Assembly (NCBI GenBank): GCA_046724565.1
Contig: JBKOWS010000055.1
Coordinates: forward strand, 34,051-98,050
Length of the DNA stretch: 64,000 bases
Reading direction: 5' to 3'
Origin: Actinomycetota bacterium
GTDB taxonomy: Bacteria; Actinomycetota; Thermoleophilia; Gaiellales; Gaiellaceae
The notes under the pieces are model-generated. The model made no database searches. It was not told the DNA's origin and saw nothing but the letters and a program-made list of their open reading frames with translations. The position numbers were made by a program, and so were the translations under genes. How positions within the stretch are numbered: position 1 is the stretch's first letter; each line of letters starts with the position of its first letter. Shown here piece by piece: positions 35,218 through 44,057 of this stretch.

Positions 35218-36066
35218 GTGACGGAAGTGACGAGCACAGTGGATCAAGCACGCACGGACGGCAGGACCGCCGCCGCGGTGGAGGCCGAAGGGCTGGTCAA
35301 GACGTATCGCAGCCGGACGGAGACGATCGAGGCCGTCCGGGGCGTCGATCTACGGGTCGAGGCCGGCGAGGTCTTCGGCTTTCTCGGGCCGAACGGGGCA
35401 GGGAAGTCCACGACGGTGAGGATGCTGACCACGCTGCTGTCGATCACCGCCGGTACGGCGCGGGTCACGGGGCTCGACGTCGGGCGCGAGCCGGACGCGG
35501 TGCGCCGGCGAATCGGAGTCGCGCTTCAGGAGGCGGGCCTCGACCCGCGGCAGACGGGACGCGAGCTGCTGGTCCTACAGGGCCGGCTGTTTGATCTGCC
35601 GGCGGGCGAGGCGAATGCGCGCGCCGTCGAGCTGCTCGAGCTGGTCGAGCTCACCGAGGCCGCCGACCGCCCGATCAAGGGCTACTCCGGCGGCATGAAA
35701 CGACGGCTCGACCTCGCGTCGGCGCTCGTCCAGAAGCCCGAGGTCCTGTTCCTGGACGAGCCGACGACCGGGCTCGATCCGGTCAGCCGCTTGACGGTCT
35801 GGGACGAGGTGCGCCGTATCAACGAGCGAGGCACGACGGTGTTCCTGACGACGCAGTACCTCGAGGAGGCCGACCAGCTCTGCGACCGGCTGGCCATCAT
35901 CGACGACGGCCGGATCGTCCGCGAGGGGACGCCCTCGCAGCTGAAGGCCGAGCTCCGGCAGCGACTGCGTCTCGCACGCGAGGTGACGCTCGACGACGTC
36001 TTCCTCGACGCGACCGGACGAACCCGCATGCACGTCGAGGGCGAGGTGCAGGAGGTGTCGGCGTGA
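35218..36066 (+). CDS. ABC transporter ATP-binding protein (DrrA/ABC-2 type)
   Basis: GTG 35218 after GGAGGG. GPNGAGKST, YSGGMKRRLDLA, VLFLDEPTTGLD. Confidence 0.85.
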   Translation: MTEVTSTVDQARTDGRTAAAVEAEGLVKTYRSRTETIEAVRGVDLRVEAGEVFGFLGPNGAGKSTTVRMLTTLLSITAGTARVTGLDVGREPDAVRRRIGVALQEAGLDPRQTGRELLVLQGRLFDLPAGEANARAVELLELVELTEAADRPIKGYSGGMKRRLDLASALVQKPEVLFLDEPTTGLDPVSRLTVWDEVRRINERGTTVFLTTQYLEEADQLCDRLAIIDDGRIVREGTPSQLKAELRQRLRLAREVTLDDVFLDATGRTRMHVEGEVQEVSA

Positions 36067-36818
36067 CCCACGCACTCGTCCTTGGACGGCGAGCGCTGCG
36101 CGAGGGAGTGCGCACGCCGGAGGCGATTGTCCCGACCCTCTTCATTCCGCTCTTCTTCCTGGTCGTCAACGTCGGCCAGGCCGCCAGGATCTTCCCGGGC
36201 TCGACGACCGACTTCCTGCATGGGCAGGGCTACGGGGCGTTCCAGCTGCCGAGCTCGATGCTGCTGGCCGCCTCCTTCGGGAGCGCGGCGCTGTTTCTCG
36301 TCGAGGAGATCGAAGGCGGCTACTTCGACAAGCTGCGCGCGACGCCGGTCCGCCGGAGCGCGATCGTCCTGGGCCGCCTGATCGCCGAAGGCGTGAAGGC
36401 TCTGTTGATCGCAAGCCTGCTCGTTTTGCTCGGGCTGATCTTCGGGATCAGGATCGCGAGCGGACCGCTCGGGTTCGTTCTGCTCGTGGTGCTGACCGCG
36501 GGCTGGGCGGTCGTGTACTCGGGATTCATGCAGGTCATCGCCCTGAAGACCCGGAGCGCCGCGGCGACGAACTCGGCCGGGCTCGTCTTCTTTCCGCTCC
36601 TTTTCCTGACGCCGAACTTCGTGCCTCGCAACCTGCTCACGCGCCCGATGGAGATTGCAGCCACGATCAATCCGGTCACCTACGTCATGGAGGCGTTGCG
36701 TTCTCTCATCCTCGTTGACCTCGCGTGGACCACCATCGGTCTCGGCTTCCTGGTGGTCGCAATCGCGGGAGCGATCATGCTGGCGATCAGCGTCCGTGTG
36801 ATTCGCAACTACGACTAG
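36063..36818 (+). CDS. ABC-2 type transporter permease
   Basis: Overlaps the ATPase stop by 4 nt. Six hydrophobic helices. Confidence 0.8.
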   Translation: MTHALVLGRRALREGVRTPEAIVPTLFIPLFFLVVNVGQAARIFPGSTTDFLHGQGYGAFQLPSSMLLAASFGSAALFLVEEIEGGYFDKLRATPVRRSAIVLGRLIAEGVKALLIASLLVLLGLIFGIRIASGPLGFVLLVVLTAGWAVVYSGFMQVIALKTRSAAATNSAGLVFFPLLFLTPNFVPRNLLTRPMEIAATINPVTYVMEALRSLILVDLAWTTIGLGFLVVAIAGAIMLAISVRVIRNYD

Positions 36819-36899
36819 TCGGGCGAGGCAGGTCGAACCGAAACCGCACCGCATGCGAATCAGTCGGGAACGTAGATACCCCCGACGAAGGAGCTCTCG

Positions 36900-37298
36900 A
36901 TGCGTTTCATCCCGACGAAGTTCCATGCGCCGCTCGACTACACCGTCGGCGCGGCACTCATCGCCGCTCCCTGGATCTTCCAGTTCTCGGAGCACATTGC
37001 AGCGACGGTTGTTGCGATCGTGCTCGGAATCGGCCTGATTGCGTACAGCCTCTTCACCGACTACGAGCTGGGCGTCTGGAAGGTTGCGCCGATGGCTGTC
37101 CACAACCTCATCGACGTCGCCGCCGGCACGCTGCTCGCCGCCTCGCCCTGGATCTTCGGTTTCGCCGACGAGACGGCGAATGTGTGGCTCCCGCATCTGG
37201 CCGTCGGGCTCGCCGCCGTCTTCCTCGGCCTCACGACGAAGCAACAGGGCGGCTACAGCTACCGCAAGGCCGACAGGCCCAGCACGGCGATCGGGTAG
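36900..37298 (+). CDS. SPW-repeat membrane protein
   Basis: Two repeats ending AAPWIFQF and ASPWIFGF; four TM segments. Confidence 0.7.
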   Translation: MRFIPTKFHAPLDYTVGAALIAAPWIFQFSEHIAATVVAIVLGIGLIAYSLFTDYELGVWKVAPMAVHNLIDVAAGTLLAASPWIFGFADETANVWLPHLAVGLAAVFLGLTTKQQGGYSYRKADRPSTAIG

Positions 37299-37345
37299 CT
37301 CTGCTCTCTCGCGCGGCGGGCGCAGCGCCCGCCGCGCGTCGCGGG

Positions 37346-37672
37346 CTAACTGCCTGAGGGCGCGTTCAGAGGTCCGATGTCGGCGAAGGTGACCTCGTAG
37401 TCGACGGTCTCCTCGACCTCCACTCCCGCCGCCGAGGCCACCCGATCACGGAACTGCATGCGGGAAACGCGATGCCGTTCGGCCAGCTCACGACTCTCCC
37501 AGAACGTGAGCCCGAGGGTCGTCCCTTCTCGCGACAGGAACAAGAGCCCCTCGAACCCTTCAGTCTCGCGAAACCAGCGGATCATCTCCTGAGCAACGAT
37601 CGTGGCATTCTCGATCGGCAGATCCGAAGTGCTCACGCGTGTGAGGCTCACGTACACGCCATTCCTCCTCAC
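37346..37672 (-). CDS. ABM/dimeric alpha-beta-barrel-fold protein
   Basis: GTG 37672 overlaps the upstream stop (GTGA). GVYVSLTRVSTSD...MIRWFRETEGFEGLLFLSREGTTLGLTFWESRE. Confidence 0.6.
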   Translation of the reverse strand: MRRNGVYVSLTRVSTSDLPIENATIVAQEMIRWFRETEGFEGLLFLSREGTTLGLTFWESRELAERHRVSRMQFRDRVASAAGVEVEETVDYEVTFADIGPLNAPSGS

Positions 37673-37932
37673 CCACCGCTGATCGCAGCGATGACATCGA
37701 CCCGGGAACGTTGGTCAAGTGGAGTATCGAGGGTCGCTCGCTCTTGGTCGACGTAGACATGGATGTGTTGCCGGAGGAGCGGTCCCTGCTCGCACAGCCG
37801 GTTACGCAGCCCCGGCCACTTCCCTTCCAGCCGGTCGATCGCCTCGCCGACCGTTGGCGCGTCGACGTCGACATGACGCGGCAGGTCGACGAAGAGGGGT
37901 GTCAGCGTTCCTGGGAGATGGACGTTGGCCAT
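37669..37932 (-). CDS. MoaD/ThiS-family ubiquitin-like sulfur-carrier-type protein ending in Gly-Gly
   Basis: 87 aa. ...TVGEAIDRLEGKWPGL...HIHVYVDQERA...VDVIAAISGG followed by the stop. Confidence 0.75.
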   Translation of the reverse strand: MANVHLPGTLTPLFVDLPRHVDVDAPTVGEAIDRLEGKWPGLRNRLCEQGPLLRQHIHVYVDQERATLDTPLDQRSRVDVIAAISGG

Positions 37933-39011
37933 CAGTCCAGGACGGCGACCTCGACAGAGGAGATCGCAGGTAGGTACGTGGCGATCTCGCGCCAGCTCTC
38001 GCCCTCGTCGGCGCTGGCGAACACCTGGCCTGTGCTGGTCCCGAGATAGAGACCGGGCACATCGTACGAGTCGATCGCCAAGGCCTCCCGCAGCACACCG
38101 ACATGCGCGTTCTCGTGTGGGAGGCCGCGGTCGAGCGGCTGCCAGCTCTCACCGGCATCGCGCGTCCGCCACACCGCCGCGTGTCCGTCCGGCATGCAGC
38201 GTCCGTGGCCCGGGTCGAGCGGAATGACGTAGAACGTGTCGCGGTCGTGCGGATGCGCGGCGGCTGCGAAGCCGAACTCGGTGGGCAGCCCCTCGGTGAT
38301 CTCGACCCACGTGTGACCGGTGTCGTCGCTCCGGTGCATGCCCACATGGTTCTGCTGATACATGCGCGCGCCGTCGGCGGGCGAGCGGACGAGCTTGTGA
38401 ACGCAGAAACCCACCTCCTCGTGGGAGCGCGGCCAGTCTGCGCGCAGGCCCCGGTTGCGGGGCGTCCATGAAGTGGCGTCGTCGGTCGTCTCGAAGATCC
38501 CGACCCCCTGCACGATCGCCCAGAAACGCGACTCCTCGTCGTTGTCGAACATGAGCGCAGAGATGCCAAGGTGCCCAGGCGGCTGGTTCGCCGGGTCGTC
38601 CCACAGCTCGCTGCCCGGCTGCCCGGCAAGCGTCGAAAGCACCGACCAGGTCGCGCCGGCATCGCGGCTTTCGAAGATCCCGGGCGCTTCGACGCCGACG
38701 AGGACCCGCCCGTTCTTCACTGCGAGCGTCGACACCTTCGACAGCTTCCGGTCGCCGTCGGCGTCGTACGAGAGACCCTCGCTCGACAGCGTCCAGGTCT
38801 CGCCGAGGTCCGGGCTTCGCCACACGGCCGAGCCGTGCCACTCACTCGCGGCGGCCGCGTACATCGCTCCCGTGGAAGGGTCGTGGACGGCGTGGTACAC
38901 GGGCCAGCCCTCGCAGAAGGGCCCGCGCAGCGCCCATTCGCGGCGGTCTCCGTCACTTTCCAGCAGAAAACACCCCTTGCGCGTGCCGATCAGCAGCACC
39001 GTTCGTGGCAT
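37932..39011 (-). CDS. Cytoplasmic BNR/Asp-box repeat beta-propeller protein (sialidase-like fold)
   Basis: Asp-boxes SPDLGETW, SRDAGATW, TTDDATSW, SDDTGHTW, TRDAGESW and SADEGESW. No signal peptide. The stop overlaps the MoaD-like start by 1 nt (TGATG). Confidence 0.75.
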   Translation of the reverse strand: MPRTVLLIGTRKGCFLLESDGDRREWALRGPFCEGWPVYHAVHDPSTGAMYAAAASEWHGSAVWRSPDLGETWTLSSEGLSYDADGDRKLSKVSTLAVKNGRVLVGVEAPGIFESRDAGATWSVLSTLAGQPGSELWDDPANQPPGHLGISALMFDNDEESRFWAIVQGVGIFETTDDATSWTPRNRGLRADWPRSHEEVGFCVHKLVRSPADGARMYQQNHVGMHRSDDTGHTWVEITEGLPTEFGFAAAAHPHDRDTFYVIPLDPGHGRCMPDGHAAVWRTRDAGESWQPLDRGLPHENAHVGVLREALAIDSYDVPGLYLGTSTGQVFASADEGESWREIATYLPAISSVEVAVLD

Positions 39012-39110
39012 GACTCCTCCTCCGTCTCGAGACCAGTCCTAGGTATCAGACCGGGCCGCACCGCGAAACTCATCGCCGACCGTAACTCGCCGACGGCCCT
39101 GGGCCTTCCC

Positions 39111-39902
39111 CTACCTGCCGGTCCAGCTCGGTTGGCGCTTCTCCAAGAAGGCGCAGATCCCCTCTTGCGCGTCGGCCGCCATCGAGTTCATGGTCATCAC
39201 GGACTTGGTGAGATCGTAGGCGTGGCGCTCGTCGAGCTCGACCTGCGCATAGAAGCTCTCCTTGCCGATCCCGACGATCAGCGGACTGGAGCGAGCGATC
39301 TTCTCGATGAGCTCAGCGATCGCATCGTCGAGCTCGTTGGCGGAAACGACCCGGTTGACGAGCCCCCACTCGAGCGCCGTCGTCGCACTGATGGGATCGC
39401 CGGTGAGGAGCATCTCGAGTGCACGCTTGCGACCGATCGCACGCGAGAGCGGAACCATCGGTGTGGAGCAGAAGAGTCCGATCTTCACTCCCGGCGTCGC
39501 AAACCAGGCGTCGTCCGCTGCAACCGCGAGGTCACAGGCGGCCACGAGCTGGCAGCCTGCTGCGGTTGCGACGCCGTGCACCCTGGCGATGACGGGCTGT
39601 GGAACGCGATGGATCGCCTCCATCAGTTGCGTGCAGACATCGAAGAGTCGCTGGTAGAAGGCGACATCCCGCCCGACCATCTCCCTCAGGTCGTGGCCTG
39701 CCGAGAAGGCGACGCCGGCCCCTTCGATCACGATCGCCCGCACGTCAGGATGGGCGCCGAGCTGCTCGATCGAGCCGATCAGCTCCTCCATGAGCTCGAG
39801 CGAGAGCGCGTTCCGCTTCTCCGGTCGGTTAAGGGTGATCCGACCGGTCGCCCCGTCTTGCACTACGAGGATGGTCTCAAACGGCGCCGAGATCGCAGCC
39901 AC
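39111..39902 (-). CDS. Enoyl-CoA hydratase/isomerase (crotonase) family protein
   Basis: RITLNRPEKRNALS...VIEGAGVAFSAGHDL...ATPGVKIGLF. Confidence 0.85.
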   Translation of the reverse strand: MAAISAPFETILVVQDGATGRITLNRPEKRNALSLELMEELIGSIEQLGAHPDVRAIVIEGAGVAFSAGHDLREMVGRDVAFYQRLFDVCTQLMEAIHRVPQPVIARVHGVATAAGCQLVAACDLAVAADDAWFATPGVKIGLFCSTPMVPLSRAIGRKRALEMLLTGDPISATTALEWGLVNRVVSANELDDAIAELIEKIARSSPLIVGIGKESFYAQVELDERHAYDLTKSVMTMNSMAADAQEGICAFLEKRQPSWTGR

Positions 39903-39938
39903 TCGCAGTACGCTAGCGCGAGCGGTGCCTGCCGTCTA

Positions 39939-40484
39939 TCACGGTCTGAGGCCGTCGAGGACGACCTGGACATAGCGTCGCCAGGCGTCGTCCCGTTCGG
40001 CGTGTGTGGCGGCCTGGATCGCTCCGCCCACGAGCGCGCCAATGTCGCGCGAGTCCATCCCCTGCCGCAGAGCTCCCTCTTTCTGGGCACGACGGATCAA
40101 CTTGCCGACGCTGTCGTGCAGCTCCCGCTTCGCCTCCGACACCTCCGCGAAATTGGCTAATTGCTCGATGCCCTCGAAGAGGGCGCGATCTCGACGGCAC
40201 GCGTCGGCCGCCGTCCACACGAACTCCTCGAGCGCAGCGCCCGTATCGGGGAGCTCGAGAAGCTCGTGCACACGCACGAGCATCTCCTCGAGTCGGGTGT
40301 GGATGACCGCTGCGCGAAGCGCGTCTTTGCTCGGGAAGCGGCGGAACACCGTTCCGTGACCGACGCCGGCCCGGCGCGCGATCTCGTCGATCGTCACATC
40401 CGGGCCGAGCTCGGCGTAGGCCTCAGTCGCGGCCTCGAGGATGCGGTCGCGGTTGCGCTGTGCGTCGGCTCGAAGGGTGGTCAC
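39939..40484 (-). CDS. TetR-family transcriptional regulator
   Basis: NRDRILEAATEAYAELGPDVTIDEIARRAGVGHGTVFRRFPSKDAL. Confidence 0.85.
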   Translation of the reverse strand: MTTLRADAQRNRDRILEAATEAYAELGPDVTIDEIARRAGVGHGTVFRRFPSKDALRAAVIHTRLEEMLVRVHELLELPDTGAALEEFVWTAADACRRDRALFEGIEQLANFAEVSEAKRELHDSVGKLIRRAQKEGALRQGMDSRDIGALVGGAIQAATHAERDDAWRRYVQVVLDGLRP

Positions 40485-40485
40485 G

Positions 40486-41949
40486 TCACGCCGCTTCGAG
40501 CATCACCGAGTCGTCGGACACGGCCTGCGCCTCGATGCGAGCGACGTGCCGCTTGCGCAGGAGCGCGAGCATCACGATCAGCGCTGCGATCATCACGGCA
40601 GCGCCGCCCGCGAAGGCCCAGTGGAAGCCGACGACGAGCGCGTGTGCGGGCGAACCTCCTGCGGATGCCGACTTGCTCGTGGCCAGCGTCGACAGCACCG
40701 CCAGCCCGAGTGCCCCGCCGACCTGCTGCGATGTGTTGAAGAGCCCCGACGCGAGGCCCTGGTCGTCGTCGTCGAGCCCAGTGGTCGCGATCAGGGTCAG
40801 CGGCATGAAGACCGCGCCCATGCCGAGCGACGAAAGCACGAGCGCCGGCAGGACGTCAGACAGGTACGAGCCGTGCACCGGCAATTGCGTGAGCAGCAGA
40901 AGGCCGGCCGCGGTGAGGAGCATCCCGACGGCAGCGACCGGCCGCACACCGACTCGCGGTGCGAACTGCGCCGCGAGCCCGGCCGAGACCATGATCCCGG
41001 CTGTGAACGGCAGGAAGGCCAGGCCGGCCTTGAGCGGCCCGAACTCGAGCACTCGCTGGAGATAGAGCGTGTTGAAGAAGAACATCGCGAAGATGCCTGA
41101 GGCGGCCAGGAACATCGAGATGTTCGCCGTCAGCAGCGAGCGGATCCGGAAGATCGAGAGCCGCACCAGCGGCGACTTCGCCCGCAACTCGATCACGACG
41201 AAGGCTACGAGCAGAACGGCGGCCAAGGCGAAGAACCCGATCGTCTTCGCAGATCCCCAGCCGGCGGACTGCGCGTCGACGATCGCGTACACGAGCGCCA
41301 TCAGCCCGCCGGTAACGGTGACCGCCCCGGCGACGTCGTAGCTGCGGGCTGCGTGCTCGTCGCGAGACTCCGGGATCAGTCGCAGCGAGAGCACGAAGGC
41401 GACGACGCCGACCGGCACGTTGACGAAGAAGATCCACGGCCAGGAGAAGTACTGCGTCAGGACGCCGCCGAGGATGAGTCCGACCGCCGACCCGCCGATC
41501 GCGATCGCGGCCCAGACGCCCAGCGCCCTGGCGCGCTCGGCGCCCTCGGCGAACGTCGTCGAGATGATCGAAAGCGCGGCCGGCGAGATCAGCGCGGCCC
41601 CGAGGCCCTGCAAAGCCCGCGCGCCGATGAGCATGCCCTCGCTCGATGCGAGGCCATCAAGCAGCGACGCGGCCGTGAAGATGACGAGCCCAATCAGGAA
41701 CACCCGCTTACGCCCGAGCAGGTCGCCCGCGCGCCCGCCGAGGAGCAGAAAGCCGCCGAACACGAGCGTGTAGGCGTTGACGATCCACTGCAGGTTCCCC
41801 TCCGACAGGTTGAGATCCTTCTGGATCGAGGGGAGCGCGACGTTCACGATCGTCGCATCGAGCACGACCATGAACTGCGCCAGGCAGATCAGGACTAGAA
41901 CGACCCACGGATTCGTCGAGCTACGCATCGGCGGCTGCCTCCAACTCAT
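40486..41949 (-). CDS. DHA2 (EmrB/QacA)-family MFS efflux transporter, 14 TM
   Basis: LICLAQFMVVLDATIVNVALPSI, GRAGDLLGRKR, FSWPWIFFVNVPVG. Ends 1 nt before the TetR start. Confidence 0.85.
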   Translation of the reverse strand: MSWRQPPMRSSTNPWVVLVLICLAQFMVVLDATIVNVALPSIQKDLNLSEGNLQWIVNAYTLVFGGFLLLGGRAGDLLGRKRVFLIGLVIFTAASLLDGLASSEGMLIGARALQGLGAALISPAALSIISTTFAEGAERARALGVWAAIAIGGSAVGLILGGVLTQYFSWPWIFFVNVPVGVVAFVLSLRLIPESRDEHAARSYDVAGAVTVTGGLMALVYAIVDAQSAGWGSAKTIGFFALAAVLLVAFVVIELRAKSPLVRLSIFRIRSLLTANISMFLAASGIFAMFFFNTLYLQRVLEFGPLKAGLAFLPFTAGIMVSAGLAAQFAPRVGVRPVAAVGMLLTAAGLLLLTQLPVHGSYLSDVLPALVLSSLGMGAVFMPLTLIATTGLDDDDQGLASGLFNTSQQVGGALGLAVLSTLATSKSASAGGSPAHALVVGFHWAFAGGAAVMIAALIVMLALLRKRHVARIEAQAVSDDSVMLEAA

Positions 41950-41961
41950 CTGGACTCCTCA

Positions 41962-42002
41962 GTCCGCTTAACGTAGCAGAAAGCGGACCGAGCGGTCCGC
42001 TT
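41962..42002. promoter_or_regulatory. Candidate TetR operator: AAGCGGACC-GAGC-GGTCCGCTT (41981-42002) plus an extra half-site GTCCGCTT (41962-41969)
   Basis: Three copies of the same 8-9-mer lie 13-53 nt upstream of the MFS-TetR operon start. Confidence 0.5.
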
Positions 42003-42118
42003 CTAGGTGCCAAAGGTCTCGGTTGCGGATACAAAGTCGGGCGGCGCGCGATAGCCCGTCGCTAAGCAACGGCGATCGGAGAATTTGCGTGTACAAAGAA
42101 GAGCGCCGGAGGTGAGGT

Positions 42119-42667
42119 ATGGGAGCGATACACGTGCACGAGTTCATGACGCTCGACGGCGTGATCGATGCGCCGACGTGGACATTCGACTACGGCTTCG
42201 ACCCCGAGGTGGCAAAGGCGATCGGCGCGGTCACCGAACGTTGCCGAGGGATCCTGCTCGGGCGCATTACCTACGAGATGTTCGAGCCCGCGTGGTCGAC
42301 GAGGACCGCTGAGGACGATCCGGGCGCACCTTTCTTCAACGACACCACGAAGTACGTCGTCTCGGGGACGTTGACCACTGCGGCGTGGCGGAATTCGGAG
42401 ATCATCGGACCGTACGATCCCGAAGCGATCCGCAGCCTCAAGGAGGACGTCGACGGTGACCTCTACGTCAGCGGCAGCGGCACGCTGGTCCGGGCGTTGC
42501 TCGCCGACGGTCTGGTCGACGGACTCCATCTGTTTGTCTACCCGCTCACGCGGGGGCGCGGTCCACGGCTCTTCTCCGAGGACGCCGCTCCCGGCAAGTT
42601 CTCGCTTGCGGCCTGCGAGTCGTACGAGAACGGCGTCGTCTACCTGGCGTATCGAATGTCGGCGTGA
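42119..42667 (+). CDS. Dihydrofolate-reductase-family (RibD_C/YyaP-like) protein
   Basis: HVHEFMTLDGVIDAPTW...ILLGRITYEMF...LYVSGSGTLVRALLADGLVDGLHLFVYPLTRG. Confidence 0.8.
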   Translation: MGAIHVHEFMTLDGVIDAPTWTFDYGFDPEVAKAIGAVTERCRGILLGRITYEMFEPAWSTRTAEDDPGAPFFNDTTKYVVSGTLTTAAWRNSEIIGPYDPEAIRSLKEDVDGDLYVSGSGTLVRALLADGLVDGLHLFVYPLTRGRGPRLFSEDAAPGKFSLAACESYENGVVYLAYRMSA

Positions 42668-42683
42668 GGCGAAAGACTATGCC

Positions 42684-42712
42684 TTGACAGGAATATGCCT
42701 GTAAGGTAATAC
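42684..42712 (+). promoter_or_regulatory. Near-consensus promoter TTGACA-17 nt-TAATAC with inverted repeat ACAGG-AATATG-CCTGT in the spacer
   Basis: Read directly. GTG 42722 is 9 nt after the -10 element, implying no leader or a very short one. Confidence 0.55.
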
Positions 42713-42721
42713 TGTCCGTCG

Positions 42722-43030
42722 GTGGACCAATTCAGCCTCATCGCGGACGGCACGCGGCGCCGCATTCTCGATCGCCTCAGGACGGAGGAAAGTGACGTGA
42801 GCGGTTTGCTCTCGACCCTCGGGTTGCCGCAGCCCCTCGTGTCGAAGCACCTGCGCGTCCTTCGCGAGGCCGGCGTCGTCACGTCGACAGTGGCGGGCAA
42901 CCGCCGCGTCTATCGCCTCGCCGCCGACCCGCTTCCGAACGTGCTCGGCTGGATCACGCCCTACTACCAGCTCTGGACGACGAGCCTTGACCGGCTGTCG
43001 GCCGAACTCGACGCAGAGGAGCAAACATGA
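42722..43030 (+). CDS. ArsR/SmtB-family HTH regulator
   Basis: LIADGTRRRILDRLRTEESDVSGLLSTLGLPQPLVSKHLRVLREAGVV. Confidence 0.85.
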   Translation: MDQFSLIADGTRRRILDRLRTEESDVSGLLSTLGLPQPLVSKHLRVLREAGVVTSTVAGNRRVYRLAADPLPNVLGWITPYYQLWTTSLDRLSAELDAEEQT

Positions 43031-43575
43031 CGAAGATCGTGGCTGATCCGATCGATCCAGTAGTCGCGGCCATCATTGCGCAGCAGTCGGCCGAGGCGAC
43101 CGTCATCGAAGTCGAAGGTCGCTGCGTTCTGACGATGACACGAGAGTTCCAGCACGAGGTCGAGCGCGTGTGGTCGAAGCTGACCGACCCCGACGAGTTG
43201 CGCAAGTGGTCGCCGGTCGTCCCGGACCGCGCACTGACTTCGACCGGGCCGGCGACGGCGCGTGAGAATCCTGAGAGCGATCCGGTCGACGCAGAGGTTC
43301 TTGTTGTCGATCGGCCACGCGAGCTGTCGCACCGCTGGGGCTCGCACGTTCTGCGCTGGACGCTGACGCCGACTGTGAACGGCTGTCGCCTCACGCTCGA
43401 GCAGACCTTCGACGATCGTGAAGAACGTGGCTCGTTCGCAGCAGGTTGGCACCTTTGCCTGGCGGTGCTGACCGCGGCCCTCGACGATCGCGAAGTCGAG
43501 CGGGTTGTCGGGAGCCGGGCGGGAGACTACGGCTGGCAATCCCTCGAGGCTCGCTACCTCGCGAGCCTCACGTAG
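43027..43575 (+). CDS. SRPBCC/Aha1-domain protein
   Basis: LTMTREFQHEVERVWSKLTDPDELRKWSP...ELSHRWG. ATGA overlap with the ArsR stop. Confidence 0.8.
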   Translation: MTKIVADPIDPVVAAIIAQQSAEATVIEVEGRCVLTMTREFQHEVERVWSKLTDPDELRKWSPVVPDRALTSTGPATARENPESDPVDAEVLVVDRPRELSHRWGSHVLRWTLTPTVNGCRLTLEQTFDDREERGSFAAGWHLCLAVLTAALDDREVERVVGSRAGDYGWQSLEARYLASLT

Positions 43576-43586
43576 CGCGACCGATC

Positions 43587-44057
43587 ATGGAGACCGAGAT
43601 GGTTGCAGAGACCGGGATGCTGATCCGCAAGCCGGTGACCGAGGTGTTCGATGCGGTCTTCAACCCGGAGGTGACGACCAGATTCTGGTTCACCCGAAGC
43701 ACGGGCAAGCTCGAAGCCGGCAGGCGCGTTCGCTGGCAGTGGGAGATGCTCGGGCACTCGGCTGACATCGACGTCGATGTGGTCGAAACGAACCAGCGGA
43801 TCGTGTACCGGTGGCCTTCGTACAAGGGCGACGGACAGACAACGGTCGAATGGAGGTTCACCACCCGCCCCGACGGCACCACCTTCGTCAATGTCGTCAA
43901 CAGCGGATTCAGAGGAGATCCAGGTGCAGTTGCGAGGGATGCCGCCGGGGCCGGGCAGGGATTCACGCTCGTGCTCGCCGGAATGAAGGCCTGGCTCGAG
44001 CATCAGCTCGAGCTCAATCTCATCCGCGATCGTTTCCCGCAAGACGTCGAGCACTAG
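43587..44057 (+). CDS. SRPBCC/Aha1-domain protein (second copy)
   Basis: ATG 43587 inside ORF 43446..44057. IRKPVTEVFDAVFNPEVTTRFWF...RIVYRWP...VEWRFT. Confidence 0.8.
   Translation: METEMVAETGMLIRKPVTEVFDAVFNPEVTTRFWFTRSTGKLEAGRRVRWQWEMLGHSADIDVDVVETNQRIVYRWPSYKGDGQTTVEWRFTTRPDGTTFVNVVNSGFRGDPGAVARDAAGAGQGFTLVLAGMKAWLEHQLELNLIRDRFPQDVEH

Noticed and set aside
35682-37244. 520-aa minus-strand ORF
   Set aside because: It is antisense to the ABC ATPase, the ABC-2 permease and the SPW-repeat genes, all of which have clear motifs. It has no motifs of its own.
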